From Bacillota bacterium (GTDB lineage: Bacteria > Bacillota > Clostridia > Christensenellales > CAMQZB01): a DNA stretch of 64,000 nt. Both the position numbers and the translations under genes were made by a program. The stretch lies in contig JAWXUX010000006.1 in assembly GCA_044426045.1 (NCBI GenBank), forward strand, positions 50,571 through 114,570, given 5' to 3'. The notes under the pieces were generated by a model. That model worked only from the letters and a program-made list of their open reading frames with translations. It did no database searches and was not told the DNA's origin. Of the stretch, positions 8,806 through 17,318 are shown one piece after another; the stretch's first letter is position 1, and each line of letters starts with the position of its first letter.

Positions 8806-10275
8806 TTAATTACTCAATGTTAATTTTCTGTATATTTCGTCTATTTTTGCTGGTTGCAATGCCCACCTATAAGCAGGATGGATTTCAAATTCAAAACCAA
8901 AATCAACGTAATTCTCCGAACATAAGTATTTTGATTCTTCAAAATAAAATCTCGTTACAAACTCCAATGAGGTAGTTTTTCTAGCTGTCAAAAAGTTTAT
9001 CTTATACAAAAATGCTGCTAATGACATGCTTGTTATATCTGCATTTGAACCCGTAAATCTACATCTACCCACATGTTCCAAAATGTATTTAATTTTTAAT
9101 AGTAATTCATCCTTTGAATAGCAACATGGATTTACATTATCTAATTCCTTTTTATTGGGTTTCATTTCAAGTAATATTCTTTCAATATTAGGTAATTGCG
9201 TCTTGTATTCATTTATCGTGTCTTGCAATCGCCCTTGTGAGTATTCTGAAAATACAGCCCTCAAATCTTCTGTATTAATTCGACTGTGATTATTATCCTT
9301 CGCTTTACGTGCAGCCAAAATACATATTTTTATTAAGTCCCTAGGCCTTTTACGAACTAAAGACATCAACACATTGTACATAGGTTTATTGGCCCATTTC
9401 CCTGTTCCCTCGAACACCTCTACGAAAACATTTGACAATATAGGCATTAAATCCCTCTGTGGCATTCCAAACATTTTATCATCTTCATAAATCGGCAACT
9501 TAAAAAATGACTGTATTCTCCTGATTAACATGCAAAATACTTCATGATTTGTCCAAGATAACCAAATTACTGAGCTATCAATCTTATCAGTTGATTCTTT
9601 TGTTGTCCGTACACTTGAATATACATCTGCCCTTAGCGCAACTCTTAGTTTAATGTTAGGATAATCTCTTACAAATGATCTAATAGCATCAAACATTGCT
9701 GCTATGTTATCTATTCCACCAGCATTATTTTCCCACCCTTTATCCAAATCATCAATATAAACCGTAATTTTTCTATCATTAAAACTGCTATTTTGCAATA
9801 TTTTCAATTGATCTTCAGGTAAGATTTTAAGATTTTTAGTTGTTATATCTACTCCCGTATTAACTATATCAATTATTGCCTTATATAATTTATCAATCCA
9901 TGAATCCTGGGGTTTTTTACTCCTTAAATCTTTTATAGAATCAATTAACTTTTTGACAATGATTTCACTAAGTCCACGTTTCCAGGTATTGACCAAATCG
10001 ATATAATTAGTCTTTTCATAACTTAAGCCTTCAATATCTTCTGGACGTATAATCAAAGAAATATTACCAGCTGATTCATCTTCAGATTTCATTACAGATA
10101 ATAGTGCAGATTTACCTGTTCCTTTATGACCTACAAGTACATATAATTTTATATCACTTTTCAACTTTTCGTAAGCGGACCCTTTTATATAAAATTTCTT
10201 CAAGTCTTCCACTGTTTCATCTTCAGCTGCTTCATTTCCGAACAACAATCTTATGTTATCTTCTGTAAAATCCAT
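8806..10275 (-). CDS. stand-alone P-loop NTPase with a helical C-terminal region (STAND/AAA-like)
   Basis: Walker A VLVGHKGTGKSALL and Walker B VYIDDLDKGW. Start moved to the ATG at 10275 (MDFTEDNIRLLFG), which has an AGGAG RBS 5 nt upstream. Confidence 0.8.
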   Translation of the reverse strand: MDFTEDNIRLLFGNEAAEDETVEDLKKFYIKGSAYEKLKSDIKLYVLVGHKGTGKSALLSVMKSEDESAGNISLIIRPEDIEGLSYEKTNYIDLVNTWKRGLSEIIVKKLIDSIKDLRSKKPQDSWIDKLYKAIIDIVNTGVDITTKNLKILPEDQLKILQNSSFNDRKITVYIDDLDKGWENNAGGIDNIAAMFDAIRSFVRDYPNIKLRVALRADVYSSVRTTKESTDKIDSSVIWLSWTNHEVFCMLIRRIQSFFKLPIYEDDKMFGMPQRDLMPILSNVFVEVFEGTGKWANKPMYNVLMSLVRKRPRDLIKICILAARKAKDNNHSRINTEDLRAVFSEYSQGRLQDTINEYKTQLPNIERILLEMKPNKKELDNVNPCCYSKDELLLKIKYILEHVGRCRFTGSNADITSMSLAAFLYKINFLTARKTTSLEFVTRFYFEESKYLCSENYVDFGFEFEIHPAYRWALQPAKIDEIYRKLTLSN

Positions 10276-10503
10276 AATTACTCCTGTGAACTCGTTATAT
10301 TTACTAATATTATAGCACAGCATAAATGTTTGTCAATACTAAATTAAAATTATTTAATTTTTTATAGGTCGAGTGTTCAGAAGTGGATGCAAAAAAACGC
10401 CACGTAGTAATAATGGTTTTAACAGCATCTTGTTGGTGACTTGAAACCATTTGACAACTCTCCCAACTTATGGTACAACAAAACAATATTTGGAGGTGAA
10501 AAT

Positions 10504-11259
10504 ATGTATATACCTAAGTTTCGGACGGCGGAGGATGTGGTTATTTATTTTCGGGAGCAGGATCCTAAGAGTGTGATTACTCGTGGGTTAATTTACAATC
10601 TCGTACGCAACGGAAAGATTAGTGGTTTTGATGTTGGTCGCAAGTGTGTTGTGAATTTGGATGAGATTATTTTTTATCTCAGTGGCGCTGTTGGTTATGA
10701 TATGCCTGTGGAGCAACCCACTTTCATCGTGACGGCGAAAACGGCTTACAAAATGCAAGCGGGAACTTCTGAAAATTCTAAACACAAATCTCGGTTCCCA
10801 AAATCGGCTTGTTTTGTTGCAAAATTTCTTGCAATACATCCAGTATTACTTCAAAATTTTTCACAAAAACGCTCGATTTTGAAATCAATCTTTGTATTCA
10901 TTCTTTTCAAAAATCCCCGCAAAGAAAAAGACCCAGCCACTAAGCTGAGTCGGGATTGTTTACGTGAAATTGTGGCTAATGGCGCTTTGGGTGGTGTCAC
11001 ATCCGGCATTCGCACTTACTTTGATTTCAATAAGCTTATGGCTCATGTTTCGCCCACTTGTTTTGCTCCTGCACCGAAGAAAATTCCACGCTTGCGCAAT
11101 TATGAAAAGACCTATCATCACATTCACAAATACACAAAACTCCCAATCACTTGGGATAGATTGCACGCCATCTGCCACTCTGGCGAGGTTCTCTGCGAAC
11201 TGCACGGCAACCGTTGGGTGGTGGATTTTGATGTGATAAAGGCGAGAATTATCATTTAA
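10504..11259 (+). CDS. excisionase-like DNA-binding protein with repeated HTH_17-type modules
   Basis: Start at the ATG after a GGAGGTG RBS. The first module is MYIPKFRTAEDVVIYF..ITRGLIYNLVRNGKISGFDVGRKCVVNLDEIIFYL. The last is PRLRNYEKTY..WDRLHAICHSGEVLCELHGNRWVVDFDVI. It is a protein-level paralogue of 23603-24217. Confidence 0.6.
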   Translation: MYIPKFRTAEDVVIYFREQDPKSVITRGLIYNLVRNGKISGFDVGRKCVVNLDEIIFYLSGAVGYDMPVEQPTFIVTAKTAYKMQAGTSENSKHKSRFPKSACFVAKFLAIHPVLLQNFSQKRSILKSIFVFILFKNPRKEKDPATKLSRDCLREIVANGALGGVTSGIRTYFDFNKLMAHVSPTCFAPAPKKIPRLRNYEKTYHHIHKYTKLPITWDRLHAICHSGEVLCELHGNRWVVDFDVIKARIII

Positions 11260-11323
11260 ACCATTGAGCACTACAAGATACTAATAAATACTTTCGTATG
11301 ACATAGAACTCATATGAAGATTT

Positions 11324-11971
11324 TTATTTTATTTTTTTGAGACAACTTAGCGCCTCCCTTTTAGTTTTTTCCATCTCTTCTACTAGCAAAGAATTTTGTG
11401 ATCTCATACAAGCACCTAATCCAGCCTTATAATATCTATTTATTTCTCTCTTAAAATTCAATTTATCCCCCCACTCATATGTCGAAACATTTTTAAAGTG
11501 TGCTAATATGTATTCCATTCCAGCCATGTTTATTCTTGCATAATATTCTTGCCTTCCTCCATATTTATACAACTGCAATCCTTTATCAATATGTTCTTTA
11601 GCATTAGCACGTTGATTTAAACCACAAAAAATTCTAGCATATAATAAATGTGCCTTTTCTAGTTTCTTGTCCACTACATTTGCAAAACTTGAATAGCTAG
11701 ATTTGATACTATCTAGATACTTTATAGCATCATTAAATTTTTTCTCATCTAACATCGCTTCTACTTGAGCAAGCTCACAACCCAATAAAATATCATAACA
11801 ATAATCTGCATACTTGCCTCTTAGTTTAGTACAAATTTGATTGCATAGAATCTTTACTTGCTCATACTCACGTTGAAAGTTACTATTATCTTTTCTATTA
11901 GCATAAATGCCACACAAATGCCTATGACCTTTTGCCTCTAAACATGTTAATTGACATTCTAAATCAGTCAA
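11324..11971 (-). CDS. hypothetical helical-repeat (TPR-like) protein, fifth gene of the five-gene operon
   Basis: 215-aa ORF. Its start overlaps the upstream stop by 4 nt (ATGA). Repeated amphipathic helices (AIKYLDSIKSSY.., AKEHIDKGLQLYKY..). Confidence 0.55.
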   Translation of the reverse strand: MTDLECQLTCLEAKGHRHLCGIYANRKDNSNFQREYEQVKILCNQICTKLRGKYADYCYDILLGCELAQVEAMLDEKKFNDAIKYLDSIKSSYSSFANVVDKKLEKAHLLYARIFCGLNQRANAKEHIDKGLQLYKYGGRQEYYARINMAGMEYILAHFKNVSTYEWGDKLNFKREINRYYKAGLGACMRSQNSLLVEEMEKTKREALSCLKKIK

Positions 11972-12567
11972 TTTATCAATATATACCCTATCCAGCTTAG
12001 GCTCATCCTAGCTTCTTTAATTTTCACCTCAACTTCTTCTATTGCGCATTTAGCTTTATTTATTCCATCCTCTATATTCCTCTCTGCTAACGCACATTCT
12101 TTTCCCAAAACAAACATAGTCCACCCTAGAGCATCAATAAGATTCATTATAGCCATGTATTCTATATCCATAATTACTTCAGTAACTACGACTTCATGTT
12201 GATTTACTTTATTCAATGCCTCACTTAATATCTCTCCGACTTCAACCCTGAGTTTATAATAACCATTGTCCCACAATTGACCGCTAATAGGATACCCTAC
12301 TTTAATAATATCTACCCAACGCTCCTCCTCTTTAAATCTTTTTATCATTTTAATTAAATCGAAGCTATTTTTATCATTTACAGTTACTATTGTCCTAGCA
12401 ATTAAAACCAAAACAAAGAATAAAAAACATATTAAAAAATAATCTGAGCCACCAAAAAGCATTGTAATCAATGAACCTATTACTGCAGTAATAATTTGCT
12501 TTCCATCAATAATAAAACCTTCAATAAGACCTGTATTATTTTTAATATAAATCCAAAAACGTCTCAT
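11968..12567 (-). CDS. hypothetical membrane protein (2 N-terminal TM), fourth gene of the operon
   Basis: 199-aa ORF with a strong AGGAGGGAGA RBS. TM stretches are IITAVIGSLITMLFGG and FLICFLFFVLVLIARTIV. Confidence 0.55.
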   Translation of the reverse strand: MRRFWIYIKNNTGLIEGFIIDGKQIITAVIGSLITMLFGGSDYFLICFLFFVLVLIARTIVTVNDKNSFDLIKMIKRFKEEERWVDIIKVGYPISGQLWDNGYYKLRVEVGEILSEALNKVNQHEVVVTEVIMDIEYMAIMNLIDALGWTMFVLGKECALAERNIEDGINKAKCAIEEVEVKIKEARMSLSWIGYILIN

Positions 12568-12618
12568 TTCTCCCTCCTGAAAATTAACTTTACAATCACT
12601 ATCTATATAAATAACTTA

Positions 12619-13299
12619 TCAATTTATATCATTTGCATCATTTATCAAAAATTCAAGATAGTTAATCCTCTCTTTATATCGCATTTTCCTCTGTACACAA
12701 TTGATCATAGTATTTTCCAATAAAGAAAGTTTATTTTTATCTGCAAATAAATTAATTATGCTTGAATCATTTACTGCTACTGTTTTTTTCAAAACTGCTA
12801 AGTTCGGACTATCTTCATTATAAACAACAATATGAATATCAAAAATATCATTCGCTTTTGATAAATAAATATTCTGTTTATTACTTCTGTCATTAATCTT
12901 TGCTCCATTTACGAAATAACATCCTTCCTCATGTCTATTATTACTTCTTTCTATTAATTTATCTAGATTCTGAACTTGAACTTCGTAACATATTATTTTG
13001 TATCCTGACTCATATGCAGACATCAAAACATTAACTTGCTTAATGTCAGTCAAAACTGCTTCCCATATAAATGACTGTCCACACTTTATCAATTGCGCTA
13101 ATTCACAATATGCATGTTCCTTTGCATACATATACCGTTTATCCATATCTTCAATTTTACTAAATAAGTTTTCATAGAATAAATCTGCACTAATAATTCG
13201 ACAATTAAATTCTTTATACGTTTCCAAAAATGCCACTGCAAACGTACTTTTCCCGGCGGCAATATTTCCCGTTATTAATACTAATAATTTATCTTCCAT
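12619..13299 (-). CDS. P-loop kinase-like protein (AAA_33/zeta-toxin-sized), third gene of the operon
   Basis: Walker A ITGNIAAGKSTFA near the N-terminus of a ~226-aa protein, with a Walker-B-like FIWEAVLTD. The start overlaps the upstream gene. Confidence 0.7.
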   Translation of the reverse strand: MEDKLLVLITGNIAAGKSTFAVAFLETYKEFNCRIISADLFYENLFSKIEDMDKRYMYAKEHAYCELAQLIKCGQSFIWEAVLTDIKQVNVLMSAYESGYKIICYEVQVQNLDKLIERSNNRHEEGCYFVNGAKINDRSNKQNIYLSKANDIFDIHIVVYNEDSPNLAVLKKTVAVNDSSIINLFADKNKLSLLENTMINCVQRKMRYKERINYLEFLINDANDIN

Positions 13300-13951
13300 G
13301 ATTTCCCTTAACCTCATTTACTGTAATATATTCATTCATATTACTAAAGCTAATTTCATCATTTGCATCACGACAAATATCCATAGCAATCAAATCACAA
13401 TTTTTTATTTGAACATGATGATACCCTCCACCTGGATATGGGCTATTTTTAAGCAAGACGTTTGCCATTAAGACCATTATTGATCGTGTACAACAAATAA
13501 CATATCTAAAATCACCAGGTAAAGTCATGATGTATTCCATTATTCTATCATAAAATGCTATTGGACTTTCCATCCCTGGTATATTTAAATCTATTGCCTC
13601 AATTTCAGTTTTTCTCCATTGCTTGAGCCTAGTAGCACATTCTGGATACAACTCATCTATATCTTTGTGCGATAATCCCGCGATAACACCCATTCCAGCA
13701 GATACTAATTCTTCTGCAATAGTTATCTCGCGACCAAATTCTTGTGCAATAATAGAAAGCGTTTGAATGGTTTGTTTAAAATCTGAAGAAATGAATTTCG
13801 TCTCAGATCCGACAATAAATTTCTTCAACTCGCCACGCGCAATTAACATTGCTTGCTCCTTACCCAATGACGTTAACGGTTCTCCTTCTCCACCAGTAAT
13901 ATTTCTAATATTTTTTTCAGACTCCCCATGTCTAATAAATACTATTTCCAT
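13289..13951 (-). CDS. histidine-phosphatase (phosphoglycerate-mutase superfamily)-like protein, second gene of the operon
   Basis: VFIRHGESEKN RHG motif. Start set at the ATG at 13951, after a GGGGA RBS. The position of the usual distal SHG histidine reads CCTRS. Confidence 0.75.
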   Translation of the reverse strand: MEIVFIRHGESEKNIRNITGGEGEPLTSLGKEQAMLIARGELKKFIVGSETKFISSDFKQTIQTLSIIAQEFGREITIAEELVSAGMGVIAGLSHKDIDELYPECATRLKQWRKTEIEAIDLNIPGMESPIAFYDRIMEYIMTLPGDFRYVICCTRSIMVLMANVLLKNSPYPGGGYHHVQIKNCDLIAMDICRDANDEISFSNMNEYITVNEVKGNHGR

Positions 13952-13961
13952 AACTATCCCC

Positions 13962-15110
13962 TTATCCGTCGATACTATCCAACGATAAAATAACAATTTG
14001 TTTTATCAAATCCAATCTAGACTTCCTATTTAAAAAATTATGATCCGCTTCATCTATTATTTCATAGTTAATTTTAAACTTTTCTGCCCAATCACGCAAT
14101 TTTAATGAATCAACAAGAGAATCTCTCTCTGCCACTAAGAGTTTAACATTCTTATTAGATAATTTTTCGCAAATATTTAAGTTTTCCATTATCTTAGATG
14201 AAAGAAAGAAGCTTTCATCACAGTGCATCCCTTTACGAATAGTGTATCCATTTTTCATTAAGCTTGTATATTCTTCATCGTTTATAATTGTAGAATAATC
14301 TTCATCATTGATTACTGGAGCTATAATCGCCATTGATTCGATATTTTCTTGTTCATAAAAATATCTATTCATAGCCAAATAACATCCTGCACAATGAGCA
14401 ATTATGCCAACTCGATCAGATTTTTTCAAAAGAGCATTTATAGAATCATGCAAATTACAAATATGATCTTGGAATTTAATTTCTTGCAATAGTCCATCAC
14501 TCTCACCCATTGCCGCCAAATCAATTCGTAGAATTGGAAATCCTATTGCCGATAACACCCTTGCAATATCTATATATAATTTATATGGTCCAATTTTGTT
14601 CGATGAAAAATATCCGTGCACTATTACTTTAGGCAAATTACTATACTGATGACCCGTATGCAAATACCCTTTTAACTGATTACCTTGACTATTTATATCG
14701 AAACATTCCATCTCTAAAACATTCTTATCCAATAAACTAAGTATTATTAAATCAATATCTCGACGATCCTTTTCCCTATTCAATTTGAGCTTATCTTTTA
14801 TTACATCTGATATACTAGCAATACTATATCCATCCACCAAAATAGTATGATTAGCACCCCACCCTTCATAAATCGTGATTTGATTTGTCAGTATTATTTT
14901 TCTTTTCCCGCTTCTACTATATTCAACCTCATAATCTAACAACAACAGATTTTCAAACTCAGCTATGGAACAACCTAAATCAATATCATTTGTGTATTCT
15001 TTAATGCCATGAAGAACCAGTGCAGCTCCCATAATGACCCAAAATTTATTTCTATCTAATCCTAAATGATCTAATTCATTTAAAATTGAATGTCTATCCA
15101 TCATTTCCAA
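13962..15110 (-). CDS. fusion of a minimal Pol-beta-type nucleotidyltransferase and an alpha/beta-hydrolase-like domain, first gene of the operon
   Basis: N-terminus MGAALVLHGIKEYTNDIDLG (G[AS]-x13-DxD) plus KDRRDIDLI. The C-terminal half has VIVHGYFSS, an IIAHCAGC nucleophile elbow with Cys, ERDSLVD and ADHNF. AAGGAGA RBS before a TTG/ATG start. Confidence 0.65.
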   Translation of the reverse strand: MEMMDRHSILNELDHLGLDRNKFWVIMGAALVLHGIKEYTNDIDLGCSIAEFENLLLLDYEVEYSRSGKRKIILTNQITIYEGWGANHTILVDGYSIASISDVIKDKLKLNREKDRRDIDLIILSLLDKNVLEMECFDINSQGNQLKGYLHTGHQYSNLPKVIVHGYFSSNKIGPYKLYIDIARVLSAIGFPILRIDLAAMGESDGLLQEIKFQDHICNLHDSINALLKKSDRVGIIAHCAGCYLAMNRYFYEQENIESMAIIAPVINDEDYSTIINDEEYTSLMKNGYTIRKGMHCDESFFLSSKIMENLNICEKLSNKNVKLLVAERDSLVDSLKLRDWAEKFKINYEIIDEADHNFLNRKSRLDLIKQIVILSLDSIDG

Positions 15111-15211
15111 TTGCTATATCTCCTTGATCTACGTACTCAAAATCAATGTTTAACTTAAAAATTATAGAACTATTCCTAAAATACATAAGCTTACATATGT
15201 ATTTGATTGTA

Positions 15212-15240
15212 ATTATATCATAGATACTTTTGCATGTCAA
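15212..15240 (-). promoter_or_regulatory. consensus sigma-A promoter of the five-gene operon
   Basis: The minus strand reads TTGACA-17 nt-TGaTATAAT, about 100 nt upstream of the first start codon. Confidence 0.55.
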
Positions 15241-15307
15241 TATACCTCATTATATTACAAAATAATTAAGCACCTATGTATTTTTAACTGACGCAAGCCA
15301 ATACAGG

Positions 15308-15466
15308 AAATTCCACGCTTGTGCAATTACGAAAAGACTTATCACCACATTCACAAATACACAAAACTCCCAATCACATGGGATAGACTATACTCCATTT
15401 GCCACTCTGTCGAAGTTCTCTGCGAACTGCACGCAACCGTTGGGTGGTGGATTTTGACGTGATAAA
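15308..15466 (+). pseudogene. remnant of the 3' end of an excisionase-like gene (direct repeat of 11081-11240)
   Basis: Aligned by eye to 11081-11240: about 16 mismatches plus a 1-nt deletion (CACGGCAACC versus CACGCAACC) that breaks the frame. No 5' part is present. Confidence 0.8.
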
Positions 15467-15495
15467 AAGCAAATTACTAACATACCACTAAAAAA

Positions 15496-15756
15496 CTAAT
15501 CAACTTTCCTTCCACATTTTGGGCAGTTGTGAACAAATAATCCATCTTTGGATCTGAATAACAATAGGTATCCACATTTTTCGCACTGAACATGTGTTAT
15601 CACATAATGATACACAGCTATTCCTGCTCCACCCACTATAAACAAAGTCCAAGCTGGAAAGTTTATCGTCATGAAAAAATAGATAATGATAGCAATACAC
15701 AAAACACACACAATTCCCGTCGCAATCAAGATTTTTATTCCTTTACTTCTTTTCAT
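15496..15756 (-). CDS. small membrane protein with a C-terminal zinc ribbon
   Basis: 86 aa with two TM stretches, then CEKCG..(x16)..CPKCG. Confidence 0.55.
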   Translation of the reverse strand: MKRSKGIKILIATGIVCVLCIAIIIYFFMTINFPAWTLFIVGGAGIAVYHYVITHVQCEKCGYLLLFRSKDGLFVHNCPKCGRKVD

Positions 15757-15936
15757 ATAGTTACCCCCAATGATATCATTATTATAGCATAAAAGAATAA
15801 TTAGGCACGTAAATTTAGTGTAATTTAAAAGTAAATATTACATCACTACTTGCGTTATTTAAAATCTAATTCATACTCTTAAAAATAAAAATGAACTCAT
15901 ATCATAGTACACAAAAGCAACATAATTTTCAATTTT

Positions 15937-15962
15937 GGGTGACAAATTGTCACCCATTTTTC
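15937..15962 (+). terminator. terminator-like hairpin GGGTGACA-AAT-TGTCACCC followed by ATTTTTC
   Basis: Perfect 8-bp stem read directly. No annotated plus-strand gene lies upstream, so its function is unclear. Confidence 0.35.
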
Positions 15963-15994
15963 ATTCAAAAGTTACCCCGCGTTACGTTAAGTTT

Positions 15995-16063
15995 CGCAAG
16001 ATACTGCCCGCAATTGCTTGAAAACACGCACAAAACGCAAGATACCAGCAGTTACGCAAGTTA
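15995..16063 (+). repeat. direct repeats CGCAAGATAC (x2) and ACGCAAGTTA; candidate arm-type recombinase binding sites
   Basis: Copies at 15995-16004, 16036-16045 and 16054-16063, immediately left of the tRNA-half junction. A related TGCAAGATAA lies at the equivalent place (about 26423-26432) left of the second junction. Confidence 0.35.
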
Positions 16064-16082
16064 TTTCACGTATTTCCTGTGT

Positions 16083-16126
16083 CTCCTAAGGCTTTGTTAC
16101 AAGTTCGATTCTTGTATGGCCTACCA
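16083..16126 (+). other. att junction: 3' half of a tRNA-Arg(CCU)-like gene (anticodon loop to CCA)
   Basis: CTCCTAA (anticodon loop, CCT) - GGCTT - TGTT - ACAAG TTCGATT CTTGT (T arm) - ATGGCCT - A - CCA. No matching 5' half lies upstream. Confidence 0.6.
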
Positions 16127-16139
16127 TTTAAACACAAAA

Positions 16140-16162
16140 GTACCGAATTTCTCGGTGCTTTT
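16140..16162 (+). terminator. rho-independent terminator after the tRNA-half
   Basis: GTACCGA-ATTTC-TCGGTGC (one G-U pair) followed by TTTT. Confidence 0.5.
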
Positions 16163-16172
16163 AACATAATAT

Positions 16173-17279
16173 TTAGTTATTTGGAATCTCCCTATAATCA
16201 AGCTTAAAATCCAATCCACTTTCATCCATAAACATCTCATAAACTTTAATGTCTCTATCTTTCACCAATTGCAACAATATACCTTTATTTTCCTTACTCA
16301 TCTTGCTTCCAAGATATATTGCTTTAGGTTTAAGAGTTTTTGTAATTATTTTTTCTGTATTAGGACGACAAGTCAATATATAGCGCCACTCTTTTTCATA
16401 TGCCCAATCTTGTGATTTAGCTGTATTCGTTTTTACATAATGAAGCATATCTGGCACAATTATAGGCTCGTTATGCCCTATCGCAAATTGCAATCTATGC
16501 TTTAACATTTCATATTCATAGTTTGTAGCATCATAACGCATCTTAGAATAAATTATAGGATATAGTTCTAGCACATGCTGCTTGTTGCATTTATTTTGGC
16601 ACTTGTAGCATTGGAGTTTCAACTCAGACATATCGTCAGTGTCATATTCCAAACAAAATCCCTTATGGTAATCACTATAATGCGACCACATCAAAACCGA
16701 TGTTATCTCTTCAGAAAAACAAACTACACCAATCTCTTCCCGATGATCTTTTTGATGAAAAGCATGGCTTTCTTTAGCATATTGCTCTATATATGGACGA
16801 ATTTGCTCTTCCATTGACATTTCCAACAGACTTTCACGCAACCAATTAATATTTTCCTGTGAGGCTTCCATAATAGCTTTATGCCCTATTTCTACCACTT
16901 TTTCAAAATTAGTAGTCTTCATATCTTGCAAAGTTATTTCTCCACTTCTAACTTTCTCAATATTTTCTAGAATCTTCTCATTGCTAAACTCCTGCGCGAT
17001 TAAATCATCTACAAAAGTTGCCGAAACATGATAAAGACAATCGTATGGATCATTGAAATCAATTGGTTTAGAAAAATAAATTTTATCTTCTAGCAATGCG
17101 GACATGGAAAATTCAGATACAGACCTATATCTAAATAAACTTTTAGGCATAATTTTCGACTTTATAATATCAAGCTTTCGATATACTTCATCTTTGTGTT
17201 CATTAGTTGCATCACTTGGAATTTGCGATGCAAACAACAACTCAGCATATTCTTTCAATAAGTCATCACGTGTTTTCAT
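16173..17279 (-). CDS. DUF2971-family protein
   Basis: LFRYRSVSEF...KIYFSKPIDFNDPYDC matches the DUF2971 N-terminal signature as I remember it. Start set at the ATG at 17279, after a GAGGT RBS. It starts about 40 nt downstream of the restriction gene. Confidence 0.65.
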   Translation of the reverse strand: MKTRDDLLKEYAELLFASQIPSDATNEHKDEVYRKLDIIKSKIMPKSLFRYRSVSEFSMSALLEDKIYFSKPIDFNDPYDCLYHVSATFVDDLIAQEFSNEKILENIEKVRSGEITLQDMKTTNFEKVVEIGHKAIMEASQENINWLRESLLEMSMEEQIRPYIEQYAKESHAFHQKDHREEIGVVCFSEEITSVLMWSHYSDYHKGFCLEYDTDDMSELKLQCYKCQNKCNKQHVLELYPIIYSKMRYDATNYEYEMLKHRLQFAIGHNEPIIVPDMLHYVKTNTAKSQDWAYEKEWRYILTCRPNTEKIITKTLKPKAIYLGSKMSKENKGILLQLVKDRDIKVYEMFMDESGLDFKLDYREIPNN

Positions 17280-17318
17280 TAGATACCTCAACTATTTTAA
17301 GCTACTAAAAAACAATTT

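Larger units (their letters stand above)
1..16082. mobile_element. integrative element / defence island (left part beyond the window)
   Basis: AT-rich accessory genes, an excisionase-like gene and arm-type repeats. It ends at the tRNA-Arg-half junction. Its integrase is not in the window. Confidence 0.45.

Noticed and set aside
10915-11271. Antisense ORF 10960-11271, followed by a minus-strand terminator-like hairpin (GACTCAGC-TTAGTG-GCTGGGTC followed by TTTTTCTTTG at 10951-10915), as the real gene here
   Set aside because: The plus frame is conserved at the protein level with the 23603-24217 paralogue while the DNA has diverged. This argues that the plus strand is coding. The hairpin might still terminate the convergent five-gene operon, but I cannot show that.
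15891-16169. 92-aa plus-strand ORF
   Set aside because: It spans a terminator hairpin, the CGCAAGATAC repeats and the tRNA-half. It has no RBS and is non-coding att-region sequence.
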